From: Podarcis erhardii
Lineage: Eukaryota
Assembly: GCA_964252035.1 (NCBI GenBank)
Contig: OZ176205.1
DNA length: 64,000 nucleotides
Direction: 5' to 3' (one strand)
In this document: in pieces, positions 20,524 to 29,854 of the stretch
How the letters are laid out: each line of letters opens with the position of its first letter
Numbering within the stretch: the first letter of the stretch is position 1
Position numbers and translations under genes: made by a program
Notes under the pieces: model-generated
What the model was told of the DNA's origin: nothing
Databases searched by the model: none
What the model saw: the letters and a program-made list of their open reading frames with translations, nothing else

Positions 20524-23500
20524 TTATTCAACCACCCAGAGTCCCAGCTTGACACGTAGATTCTGGAAACTCTCTCTTGGTAGGGGTTTCGTCAGGATGT
20601 CAGCAGTCATCTCTTGGGTGCTGCAGTAGGATAGTTCCACAAGTCCATCCTGGATCATCTGGCGTATGTAGTGGTATTTAACCCCAATGTGTTTTGTTCT
20701 GGCCAGGAACTTCTCACTCTGCGTCAGCTTCAGGCAACTTTGATTGTCCTCTAGCAAGCTGACAGGCCCTTTTCTCACCAACCCAAAGTCCTTTATGAGT
20801 TGATCAAGCCAGGCGATCTCTCTGCAGGCTTCTGTTGCTGCAACGTATTCTGATTCTGTGGAAGATAATGCTACACAGCTCTGTTTATAACTGCCCCATG
20901 AAACAGGTCCATCACCAAACATGAAAACATGACCACTTGTTGATTTATAATCAGCATTATCCCCAGCCCAATCCGCATCAGTATACCCAACCAACTTAGG
21001 GTCTCTGACGGCTGGTAACCTTAATTTACAATTCATGGTACCCTTCAAATATCGCACCACCCTCTTTACACCTGCCCAATCATGCTCAGTGGGAGAATTC
21101 ACTTTTCTGCTAAGAATCCCCACAGCATTAGCTAAGTCAGGTCTACATGTGGTAACTAAATACAAAAGTTTACCAATCGCCGACCTGTAGTCATTGTTGT
21201 CTGGCAACTGCTTCGAATCCTGCTGATTCTTCAGGAAGTCAGTAGCCATCGGTGTAGCAACTGGATGTGCGTCTTGCATCTGCATGTGCTCAATTAGCTC
21301 GTGGATCTTCTGTCTTTGGCTGAGAAGAAATGAGCCGTCCTCTTCTCTTTCCACCTGGATCCCGAGGTAGTACTGGACATCTCCTAGCTCCTTGACCTCC
21401 ACCTCTTTGCTAAGGTGTTTTACTATCTGTGTATAGTCTTTCTCACTTGCTGTGGCAATAATCAGGTCATCAACAAAAGCTAAGATATATGAGAATTGTC
21501 CATTATTTGATTTACTGTACAAGCACTTGTCAGCGTCGCCTTGCTTGTACCCAAGTTGCGTCAGCATTTTATGCAACTTCTGGTTCCAGGCTCTAGCAGC
21601 CTGTTTAAGTCCATAAAGTCCTTTCTGCAGTTTGCACACTAAATGTGCCTCATGTGGTTTCACAAAACCTTTAGGCTGTTTCATATAAATTTCCTCAGAA
21701 ATCTGCCCATGTAGAAAAGCGGTTGCAATGTCTATGTGTTTCACTCTCATTTTCTTGGAGGCTGCAATGCTTAAAAGCATTCTTACGCTGCTGTACCTCA
21801 CGGTTGGTGCAAAAACTTCATCATAGTCTTCACCAAAACGCTGTGAAAATCCCTGTGCTACAAGTCTAGCTTTGTAGCGCTGCACTTCTCCTTCTGACCC
21901 CTTCTTAACCTTGAAAACCCATTTACTGCCAATGGCCTTCTTACCGGGAGGCAGCTCAGTGAGTGTCCAGGTCTTGTTCTGATGCAGTGCATCCATCTCC
22001 TCCTGCGCGGCCTTCCTCCAGAGACTGGCTTCTGCAGCTGGCATCTCCTGTATCTCTTCCCAAGTGGAAGGTTCCTGTGGAAACGCCGACCCTGCAAAGT
22101 AGGACAACCGTAATGGTGGGACACCTTTGTTGGTTCTGGACGAGCGCCTGACCTCTGGTTCTGCGACCGCATCAGCTTCCTCATCCTCCTCCAACGTAGG
22201 CATGTCCCCATCTGAGTCCTCATCTTCGTCTCTGGTGCCGCCAGGGTTCTGGTCCTCTGCGTCTTCTGGTGCGTCGCCTGTAGGGGGCGCTGTAACACTT
22301 GAAGGCAGATTATTACTTTGTGGGGTCTCAAAAGGGAAATATACAAATTCTTGAGTCCTTTCTGACTCATCTGAAGAATCCACAACAGTGTTCTTAGTGT
22401 CTACTTTTCCATATTCATCAAAATAAACCGCATGGTATGCATTTGTCTTACCAGTTTGTAAGTCCATAATTCTATATCCTTTGCCTCCAGAGGCGTATCC
22501 CACCAGGATACCTGCTTTTGCCCTGGAGTCAAGCTTGTGTCTGTGTTCCTTGGGCACGTGGAAGTAACACGGACTTCCAAACACACGTATGTGCGACAGA
22601 TTGGGAGCTTTCCCATGCCAAAGTTCAAATGGTGTGCGCTCTGCACCTTTAGTTGGCAGTCTATTCTGCAAATAGACCGATGTGTACACTCCTTCGGCCC
22701 ACAGCTTCTGTGGCAAACATGCGTCCTTTAGCATGCACCTTGTCATGTCCATAATGGACCTAAACTTTCTCTCAGCTATGGCATTCTGCTGTGGTGTGTA
22801 AGGAATTGTGGTTACGTGTGCAATTCCTTCCTTGGCCAGGAGAGCCTGCATTTCATTTGAGCAGTACTCACCTCCATTGTCGCTCATTAAGACAGCTGGA
22901 GCTCTCTGGAATTTGTTCTTAACCATGGCAATGTATTCCTGGAGCTTGTCCACTGTCTCACTCTTCTCTTTGAGGAAATACACAACACAAAATCTTGAAA
23001 AGTCATCCAGAAATATTAAAATATATCTATTCTTTCCCAGTGAGGGAACACTCATGGGTCCACATATGTCAGTGTGCACTATGTCAAGCACTTTGTTGCT
23101 TCTTTGTTCTGCACAACGTGGAAATGAAGGTTTTACAGCCTTCTCAGTAATACAGCTTATGCACTTTGCTGGAGCTTTGTTGCTCTGCTTTACCTGCAAA
23201 CCTCTTACAAGATCTCTTTTCTGTAGATCCAGAATGACGTTGGTGTCTCTATGTCCAAGCCTTCTGTGCCATAGGTCCAGATCTGCTTCATCCTTCTGGC
23301 TGGAATGTGCCACTTTTGCAGACTGATTCTCTGAAACATCAAGCTCATATACACCATTGATTAGCTCTGCTTGAGCAAACACTTTGCCATTTCTAGTCAC
23401 TTTACATTCTCCATTTCCAAATGTGATCTGGAAACCTTTCTTGTCCAAAGTGGACACGCTGATTAAATTGCAGCTCAGCTCTGGTACATACAAAACCCTA

Positions 23501-24525
23501 GAGATTGTGTTCTCAATGCATTCATTGTTTATATTGCATTTCAGACTCATGGAACCTGCACCTTTTGCTTTAACAATGTTCCCATCTGCAATTTCAATTT
23601 CAGATCCTTCTTCATCATTTATCTCATTAAAATAGTCCCTTTTATATGAAAAATGTGAGCTGGCACCTGAATCAATTATCCATTTATTACGTCTATTTTC
23701 ACGATTCTGGACAGCTAAATTCCTTTCTTGCAGTAGCCATGTGCATTCGCATTTCCCCTTCTTTTCCCCTTTTGGCTGAAAGGGGTGGGGTTTCTTGGCT
23801 TTAGGAGCCTTGCAATTCTTTGCAACGTGTCCTTCTTTGTTACAATTGAAACAAATCACTTTCTTAGGCATCTCTTTGGACTTTGTACATTGCCTAGATG
23901 CATAACTGCTGTCCTTGCTTCTAGCATTTCTCACTGGAGATTCAGCTCTATCTCTGCATTCTTCTTTTAAATAACCAATCAAGTCTTTAAAAGTCAGACC
24001 TCGTCTATGATCCATCAAACTTACAAATGCGCTAAAGCGTGGTCCAAGTGATGATAACAAAAATGCTATCTTTGTATCTTCATCAAAAGCTTTGGGAGTC
24101 AGATCAATTCTTTGAATAATCTCAGTAAACTTGTTGATGTGCTCTGTGAATTCCTCTTTTGAATTCATCCTCACTCTGGTTAATTTACACACCAAGTTTC
24201 TGAAGCAGTTTATGCTAGATTCTCCATACACGCGCTCAATATCTCTTAAGATTTGAGATGCATCATCTGTACTATTTATTAATGATAGCTGCTCATCACG
24301 AAGTCCACTCAAAATTATGTGTCTAGCTTCGCTGTTCATGCGTTTCCAAGCACTTATCTTGGCTAAAGCTTCCTCAGACGATCCCGTAGGTTGAGGGTTT
24401 AAAGCTTCCAAAATGTGCTTATAATCTAAACATGCTATCAAGCGCTGCTTCCAGTGTATGAAATTGTGTTCATTCAGCACAGGCATTCCTAGCTTTGCAT
24501 CACTATCAAAAGCTGCTCTAGCCAT
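20524..24525 (-). CDS. Copia Gag-Pol polyprotein, 1333 aa from the first ATG
   Basis: Gag N-terminus LNEHNFIHWKQRL; CCHC knuckle CFNCNKEGHVAKNC (23812-23853); protease DSGA (23662-23673); LWHRRLGH...CISC zinc-binding site; integrase D (HTDICGP), D (SDNGGEY), E (AERK) and GKGY; RT KARLVAQGFSQ, D..TAFLHG and FVDD; RNase H DADWAGD, STESEY, EDNQ and ADILTK. No stops or frameshifts. The ORF track begins at an upstream TTG (24537). Confidence 0.97.
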   Translation of the reverse strand: MARAAFDSDAKLGMPVLNEHNFIHWKQRLIACLDYKHILEALNPQPTGSSEEALAKISAWKRMNSEARHIILSGLRDEQLSLINSTDDASQILRDIERVYGESSINCFRNLVCKLTRVRMNSKEEFTEHINKFTEIIQRIDLTPKAFDEDTKIAFLLSSLGPRFSAFVSLMDHRRGLTFKDLIGYLKEECRDRAESPVRNARSKDSSYASRQCTKSKEMPKKVICFNCNKEGHVAKNCKAPKAKKPHPFQPKGEKKGKCECTWLLQERNLAVQNRENRRNKWIIDSGASSHFSYKRDYFNEINDEEGSEIEIADGNIVKAKGAGSMSLKCNINNECIENTISRVLYVPELSCNLISVSTLDKKGFQITFGNGECKVTRNGKVFAQAELINGVYELDVSENQSAKVAHSSQKDEADLDLWHRRLGHRDTNVILDLQKRDLVRGLQVKQSNKAPAKCISCITEKAVKPSFPRCAEQRSNKVLDIVHTDICGPMSVPSLGKNRYILIFLDDFSRFCVVYFLKEKSETVDKLQEYIAMVKNKFQRAPAVLMSDNGGEYCSNEMQALLAKEGIAHVTTIPYTPQQNAIAERKFRSIMDMTRCMLKDACLPQKLWAEGVYTSVYLQNRLPTKGAERTPFELWHGKAPNLSHIRVFGSPCYFHVPKEHRHKLDSRAKAGILVGYASGGKGYRIMDLQTGKTNAYHAVYFDEYGKVDTKNTVVDSSDESERTQEFVYFPFETPQSNNLPSSVTAPPTGDAPEDAEDQNPGGTRDEDEDSDGDMPTLEEDEEADAVAEPEVRRSSRTNKGVPPLRLSYFAGSAFPQEPSTWEEIQEMPAAEASLWRKAAQEEMDALHQNKTWTLTELPPGKKAIGSKWVFKVKKGSEGEVQRYKARLVAQGFSQRFGEDYDEVFAPTVRYSSVRMLLSIAASKKMRVKHIDIATAFLHGQISEEIYMKQPKGFVKPHEAHLVCKLQKGLYGLKQAARAWNQKLHKMLTQLGYKQGDADKCLYSKSNNGQFSYILAFVDDLIIATASEKDYTQIVKHLSKEVEVKELGDVQYYLGIQVEREEDGSFLLSQRQKIHELIEHMQMQDAHPVATPMATDFLKNQQDSKQLPDNNDYRSAIGKLLYLVTTCRPDLANAVGILSRKVNSPTEHDWAGVKRVVRYLKGTMNCKLRLPAVRDPKLVGYTDADWAGDNADYKSTSGHVFMFGDGPVSWGSYKQSCVALSSTESEYVAATEACREIAWLDQLIKDFGLVRKGPVSLLEDNQSCLKLTQSEKFLARTKHIGVKYHYIRQMIQDGLVELSYCSTQEMTADILTKPLPRESFQNLRVKLGLWVVE

Positions 24526-24792
24526 CTTAAAATCCAAAAATTTTCAAAATTCTTCAAAATTTCAAAATTTCTCAAAATTTTAAAATCAAAATCTCAAAAA
24601 TCTCAAAATTCAAAACAATTCTTCACTGCCTTGGGTCACTGTGAACTCTGAGGGAAGGGGGGGGTGCTTAATCCCCACTGCACAATGGAACAAAGGACCA
24701 TGTGCTTACCAGGAAGTTAACTCAGAAAAATACTACTCAACTCAAAATCACAATCCAATGCAATCCTTCAAAAATACGCAGAAATATGCAAT

Positions 24793-24812
24793 ACTGGGGC
24801 CCAATAACCCTT
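24793..24812 (-). other. Copia primer-binding site, tRNA-iMet anticodon-arm type
   Basis: AAGGGTTATTGGGCCCCAGT right after the 5' LTR; resembles GGGTTATGGGCCCAGC (complement of the tRNA-iMet anticodon arm) with two extra bases. Confidence 0.75.
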
Positions 24813-25420
24813 TGTGGGAATGTTCTGGGGTGCAGGAGAGGATATATTGACTAATTATATCCTTATCCAACTTGTGCTAACAAGTTCCCAAAATATCAGC
24901 AGAGTTTATAGACATTCCCCTTTAAGTTCGCAACGGTAACGCTTGCACAGGTTCGCTAGAACCTCTATAATAATTACTCTGGTAATTTCCCCTTTGTTCC
25001 CTCTTAAAATACAAGACACGACACAGTCTTTATAAAAGTATAAAAGAGTTTACTCACGTTCTGTTCACAATATGATCCCAGAAGGTAGGCAGGCTTAAAA
25101 AGGTTACATGCAGTTAGAATCTATCTTGTAGCAAGATAGTACTGTCCTCTCTTGGCTGAGAGCCAAGAGGGCATCCTTAGATGTTTCCTCATCGAAGGAA
25201 GATGGCAGAGAGAGGCAAGAGGCAAGAGGCAAGAGTGGCTGCCTGCCCTGTGCTTTTATCATTACCTGCACAGGTGAGGCCACACCCACCTCTGGTCACA
25301 TGCGGAGGAAGTCCGTCCCCAGGAAGTTTACCTGCTTGCTGGACAGACATCCCTCCCCATGTTCTAACATGTACACTCTAGGAATGTTGTCATTGACTGC
25401 TCCTGTGTTTACATCCCACA
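24813..25420 (-). repeat. Copia 5' LTR
   Basis: Matches 19871-20478 at an offset of 4942. Confidence 0.97.
25225..25260 (-). promoter_or_regulatory. Putative LTR core promoter (TATA-like GATAAAAG plus pyrimidine initiator)
   Basis: GATAAAAG at 25253-25260 on minus, about 160 bp into the LTR, followed about 20 nt later by CACTCTTG; inferred from position only. Confidence 0.4.
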
Positions 25421-26661
25421 CATAGGATTGTAACTAAAATCTGCTGCAGCAAAAGCGGCTGTATTATCATCAGTTGCAGCTGCTGCGAATGGACACCTTG
25501 CTAATTTCTACAGTTCAAACTGCTGTCAGACAGATAGCTACCAGGGCCAGTTTTAAGTTAGAAGCTTCACAGATATTGTGTTGTACGCAACTATCTTTTA
25601 CTCAGAGTAGACCCGTTAAAATTAAAGGAGCTAAGTTAGTGTCATGGTCATAAATTTCAATGGATCTACTCTGATTAAATGTTAGTTGAATACAACTCAT
25701 TATCAGCAGCTCACCAGATGGTAGTAACTTTCTGTTTTAAACTGTTGCAAACTGAGCAGGGTTCAGTTACAAGCATTTGAAAGTAGGGACGTGGCGGGCT
25801 TTGGGAATGGTGCGGTAAGTATTAGGCATTTGCACTGCTGATGAAAATCCAGAAGAAAAGCACACACACCAAACACTCAAGGCAGATTAAATACATTTAA
25901 TTGGTTTTGGTGGAACTCACTTCCATGGAAATATGTCTAGGACTGGAGGCAGGTGAATGAATGCTGCTTTGTGCTTCTTCAAAGGCAATACATATAAACC
26001 CTCATCTAAGTAGGCTTGTATTCTCCTGCTTGCACTTACATAATTTTAGATTCCTGGGTGCACTGTTGTATATTTCTTGGAAAGATGGAAGGAATTGCTC
26101 TTTAAGAAGAGACTGCAGCTGTCAGAAATGCCGTGGCAAAGGGGTGTACAGAAAGCCCTGAGAATATTATTTATAAACACAGCCCTGACTACTCCTCTCC
26201 AGGTATTTACCGGAGGAATTGCACACCCTGCTGCAAACAAGCAAATATTAAATCTGGGGAGTACCAGGCATGTAAACATAGTCCTCTGGTGGGGCAAGCT
26301 GCCAGCCAGTCTCAGTAGCAGGCAGGACGTTTCCTGCGTAAGATGATTTGAGTCCTGAGGCACTGGGATTTTGCTGAAAATGTGTGAGGGGGAGGAAGCA
26401 GATTGTCTTTGCTCTGTGTTGAAGGGGTCAAGCCTAGTTTAGGGTACAACGTATGCATTGCCAGAAAAGAGGAACTGCATCGCCCACCTCATAGAAAACA
26501 ATGGAGAACACAGACTTGTATAAAATTTGCATATGCTAATGTATATGCATATGTGCACATTTAACAGCATTTCCTGTCATTTAAGCAGAAATGCAACCAT
26601 CTTACCATAGTAAGGACTGGGATCAGGGGACCTGTGTCTCTGTTCAGTCAGCTGTCTATGG

Positions 26662-27127
26662 CAGGGGTCTGCAACCTTTAAGACAAAAAGAGCCACTTGG
26701 ACCCGTTTCCGAAGAAAAAAACAACTGGGAGCCACAAAACTCGTCATTATAAAAATAACTTTTTTGTCACTTTTTAATTATTTCTTTGTTTGACCCCCAG
26801 AATTACTCCTCCTCATAGAAATAAACGTTAAATTAACAAGTTACCTTTTTGTGTGTGTGTGTTCTTCACTCCCCTTCAAAACAGTGACCAGCGTACATGC
26901 CCCTTACAATGTAGTGGGCGGGCAGGCGGGAAGGTGACGTCGGGACGGTGCGTGACTAACGCACGCACCACCCCCATGCGAAGTCACAGCCAGTACAGCG
27001 CCCGCCACAGTGGGGAGTGTCGGGGCGCACAATGTGCCTCCTCCCCTCTCTAGTATCCGCCCCGGAGCCATGGCAAAGGTGTAAAAGAGCCACATGCGGC
27101 TCCGGAGCCGCGGGTTGCAGACCCCTG
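26662..27127. mobile_element. hAT (Charlie-like) MITE
   Basis: TIRs CAGGGGTCTGCAACC / GGTTGCAGACCCCTG; perfect 8-bp TSD GTCTATGG. Confidence 0.92.
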
Positions 27128-27329
27128 GTCTATGGGATGTTGACCGCCAGCTTCAAGGCCTCTGTGCTCACTTCAGTTCTTTATATTTAAACCTGACTTG
27201 GACTGGGCAGCTCTTCCAAGAAGACGCCTTAAAACAGAGGACTGTGCTCTTGCCAGTCCTTCAAATAGAGGACTATCCTCCATATTGTAGGACATAGGGC
27301 CACCGTAAGCCTGCCTAGTTGACAAGGCT

Positions 27330-27670
27330 ACATTTCAAAGTGCTGGCCTTAACATCTGAAATCTCTGTATGGCCTGGAATCAGTGCACCTCAAGAACCAG
27401 CTGTTCCCACCAGTGGCGTAGCGTGGGGGGTGCAGGGGGGGCCGGCCGCACCGGGCGCAACATCTGGGGGTTAGGGTTAGGGGGCGCAAATCCATGGGTT
27501 AGGGGGTGCAAATTACTTGCCTTGCCCCGGGTGCTGACAACCCACGCTGTGCCACTGGTTCCCACCTAAACCAGGCCAGATTTTAGATCCTATTCAGAGG
27601 CCCTTCTTTGGGCGCACCTGCCTTCAGAGACAGGACTTTTTTGTAGCGATGTCCTGACTTTGGAATGCCG
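27330..27670 (+). mobile_element. Degenerate L2 ORF2 3' fragment, interrupted by a MITE
   Basis: ttcaaagtgctggccttaac (FKVL motif)...caggacttttttgtagcg...ctttggaatgcc. Confidence 0.55.
27411..27557. mobile_element. 147-bp hAT-type MITE containing TTAGGG repeats
   Basis: TIRs CAGTGGCGTAGCGTGGG / CCCACGCTGTGCCACTG; perfect 8-bp TSD GTTCCCAC; internal GGGGTTAGGGTTAGGGG and GGGTTAGGGG. Confidence 0.9.
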
Positions 27671-27920
27671 GCCTTATGGCATTCCATAATGATAACTTTA
27701 TTACCTTTTCAGCATCAGATAATAACCTTTTTATTTGCCCAGTCCTTTTGGATGCTGCTTTAACTCATTTGATCATACAGGCAAATCATTTTTATTATCT
27801 CAACAAACATGAATTCAGTCTCACAACAATCCAAAGGGGATACCTATAAACTTTCTAAAGCAATTTGTTCCATTCCCAACCCAACAGAATATTCTTTCCA
27901 ATAGTCTGTTCCACTGGAAC

Positions 27921-28095
27921 AGAGAAAACTACCTTCTTAAGATCATTGATCCATTTAGTTCAGTGTTGTCTGTCTGGCAGTGACTATCAAAGGCTTCAGA
28001 GAGGAATCATCCCAGACCTACCTGGAGATGCCAAGGACTGAACCTGTGACTTTCTGCATGTAAAACCTGCTCTCTACCCATGAGCCATTGCCTCT
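27921..28095 (-). mobile_element. Squam2-like SINE
   Basis: Reverse complement has a tRNA head (gctcatgggtagagag...gcagaaagtcacaggttcagtcc.tggcatctccaggtagg) and body. Confidence 0.65.
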
Positions 28096-28106
28096 CTACT
28101 AAAAAT

Positions 28107-28188
28107 GGTATTCCTAGGCACTGGCAGTCATTCCTATAAATACTAACCAGACCTGACACGATTTGGCTTCTGAGATCAGAAGAGATGG
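28107..28188 (-). pseudogene. Degenerate 5S rRNA-derived fragment (pseudogene or SINE3 head)
   Basis: Minus strand ccatctcttctgatctcagaagccaa...tcaggtctggttagta...ggaatacc aligns to the 5S rRNA internal control region (GATCTCGTCTGATCTCGGAAGCTAAG...GGCCTGGTTAGTA...GGGAATACC). Confidence 0.65.
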
Positions 28189-28197
28189 AACTTGGAT

Positions 28198-28335
28198 AGC
28201 TGCTTTATATTGAATCAGACCATTGGTCTAGCTAGCTCAGTGCTGACCAACAGTGTATTTTCTGGGTTTCATTCAGGGAGTCTTTCTCATCTCTTCCTGG
28301 AAATACCAGTGATTTAACCTGGTACTTCTGCCTAA
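28198..28335 (-). mobile_element. Squam2-like SINE, degenerate
   Basis: agctgctttatattgaatcagaccattggtc..gctagctcagt is the reverse complement of the Squam2-like 3' end. Confidence 0.6.
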
Positions 28336-28613
28336 GCATTATTTCATGCTCATGGGTGTGGCGAACAGTTCTCCAGTCTCTCTATAGCCGCCTGCTGCAT
28401 TTGAAACTGCTTTCAGTCTTCTTCCACTTTTAGTTTCTTTCCTCTAAATAAAGCATGCTGGCTGGTTTCTTCCACCTGTTTCTTTTGCAGCCTTTCTTAA
28501 AGCATGAAAGGGGCAGTCACTTGCTAATACGATGTTCCTCTCAGATGAGATGCTGCTCTCTCTGCTAGAGGTCCAGCGCCAAGGGACTTCTGGTGGTTCC
28601 CTTGCTGCAAGAA

Positions 28614-28851
28614 GCCAAGTTACAGGGAACCAGGCAGAGGGCCTTCTCGGTAGTGGCGCCCACCCTGTGGAACGCCCTCCCACCAGATGTCAAAGAGAAA
28701 AATAATTACCAAACTTTTAGAAAACATCTAAAGGCAGCCCTGTTTAGAGAAGCTTTTAATGTTTAATAGGTTATTGTATTTTAGTGTTTTGTTGGAAGCC
28801 GCCCAGAGTGGCTGGGGGGACACAGCCAGATGCACGGGGTATAAATAATAA

Positions 28852-28896
<45 letters not shown>
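28614..28896 (+). mobile_element. L2 LINE 3' end with (ATT)n tail
   Basis: AKLQGTRQRAFSVVAPTLWNALPPDVKEKNNYQTFRKHLKAALFREAFNV*; the same family's tail is on minus at about 59932-59996. Confidence 0.85.
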
Positions 28897-28897
<1 letters not shown>

Positions 28898-29854
28898 GCC
28901 TGAAGTTGTTTATTTTCTATGGTGCCCAGGGAGGCAGTACTTAAGATATAAACTTTTGGTATTTGCAACTTTCTAGCAGCAAGTTACTGAGAAGCTACTT
29001 GGTCAACATCTTCCATTCAACTCAAGCATCATTTATATGCAATCACACCCAGAAACGTAAAACCTGGCTGCACACTGATGCAAAACACTACAAGTCATGG
29101 CACACAGCCAGGGTATGGGATTGGGGTAGTTCCCAGGTTCTCGTATAGGTAGGGCAGTGTTACCTTATGGCCATACTCCTAGAATCATTCAGAGGTGAGT
29201 CTCGTGATGTAGCACACCCAGGGGTGTGTGGCAGGCAGACGGTGCACTCTGTAACTCTGCCAGTCTCAAAAGACTGGTGAACTAGAGCAGGGCACACACC
29301 CTGCATACAGCATTGTCTGACCAGGGAGGCCCCATGTTTTATTAATGCGGGAAGGCCCTTGGTAGCAAGAGATGCTATATTAAAAGCCTTCCTTATCTGG
29401 GGATTCCTGGAGGAAGTCAAGGCAGCCTAGATAACTTTGAATCTTGCTATATTCTTTGTGATTCAGTTGAATGTATAGAAATTGAATTAATAGCAATAAT
29501 AATAACGTGAGAAAGTTCAGTTTCTGTCATGAGAGAACCATATCCCACCAAGCACATTGACTGGACTAGATGTCACTAGATTTTAATTTGTACACTGCTT
29601 TTCCACAGAAGGGATTGCATCGAAAGCGTTTCACACAAACAAGAATGTCAGCACTACATGATAAAACATGTTAGCAAACACCCGTAAGCATTTCAAAGAC
29701 ATTTCATTTCAAAACAAAATACTGACATTTCAGTAATATGGCAGTAAGTCATAGGGAAAAAAAAGTAAAATCAAAGAATTACCTGTCATCTCTGATAACT
29801 CTGAAAAGAGATTTTGTATGTGAAAACTTGTATTTGTGTTTGGCAAATGCTGGT

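Larger units (their letters stand above)
19871..25420 (-). mobile_element. Full-length Ty1/copia LTR retrotransposon, 5550 bp
   Basis: Two 608-bp LTRs with TG...CA ends; 5-bp TSD CATAG at 19866-19870 and 25421-25425; PBS and PPT next to the LTRs; domain order Gag-PR-IN-RT-RH defines Copia. Confidence 0.98.

Noticed and set aside
22808-23326. 172-aa antisense ORF over the integrase
   Set aside because: Typical antisense shadow of a coding region; GTG start and no recognisable features.
24526-24537. ORF-track start MDFK for the polyprotein
   Set aside because: It is a TTG codon; the first ATG is at 24525 in good context (AAGATGG).
28107-28188. 5S rRNA gene
   Set aside because: Partial, heavily substituted and not in a tandem array.
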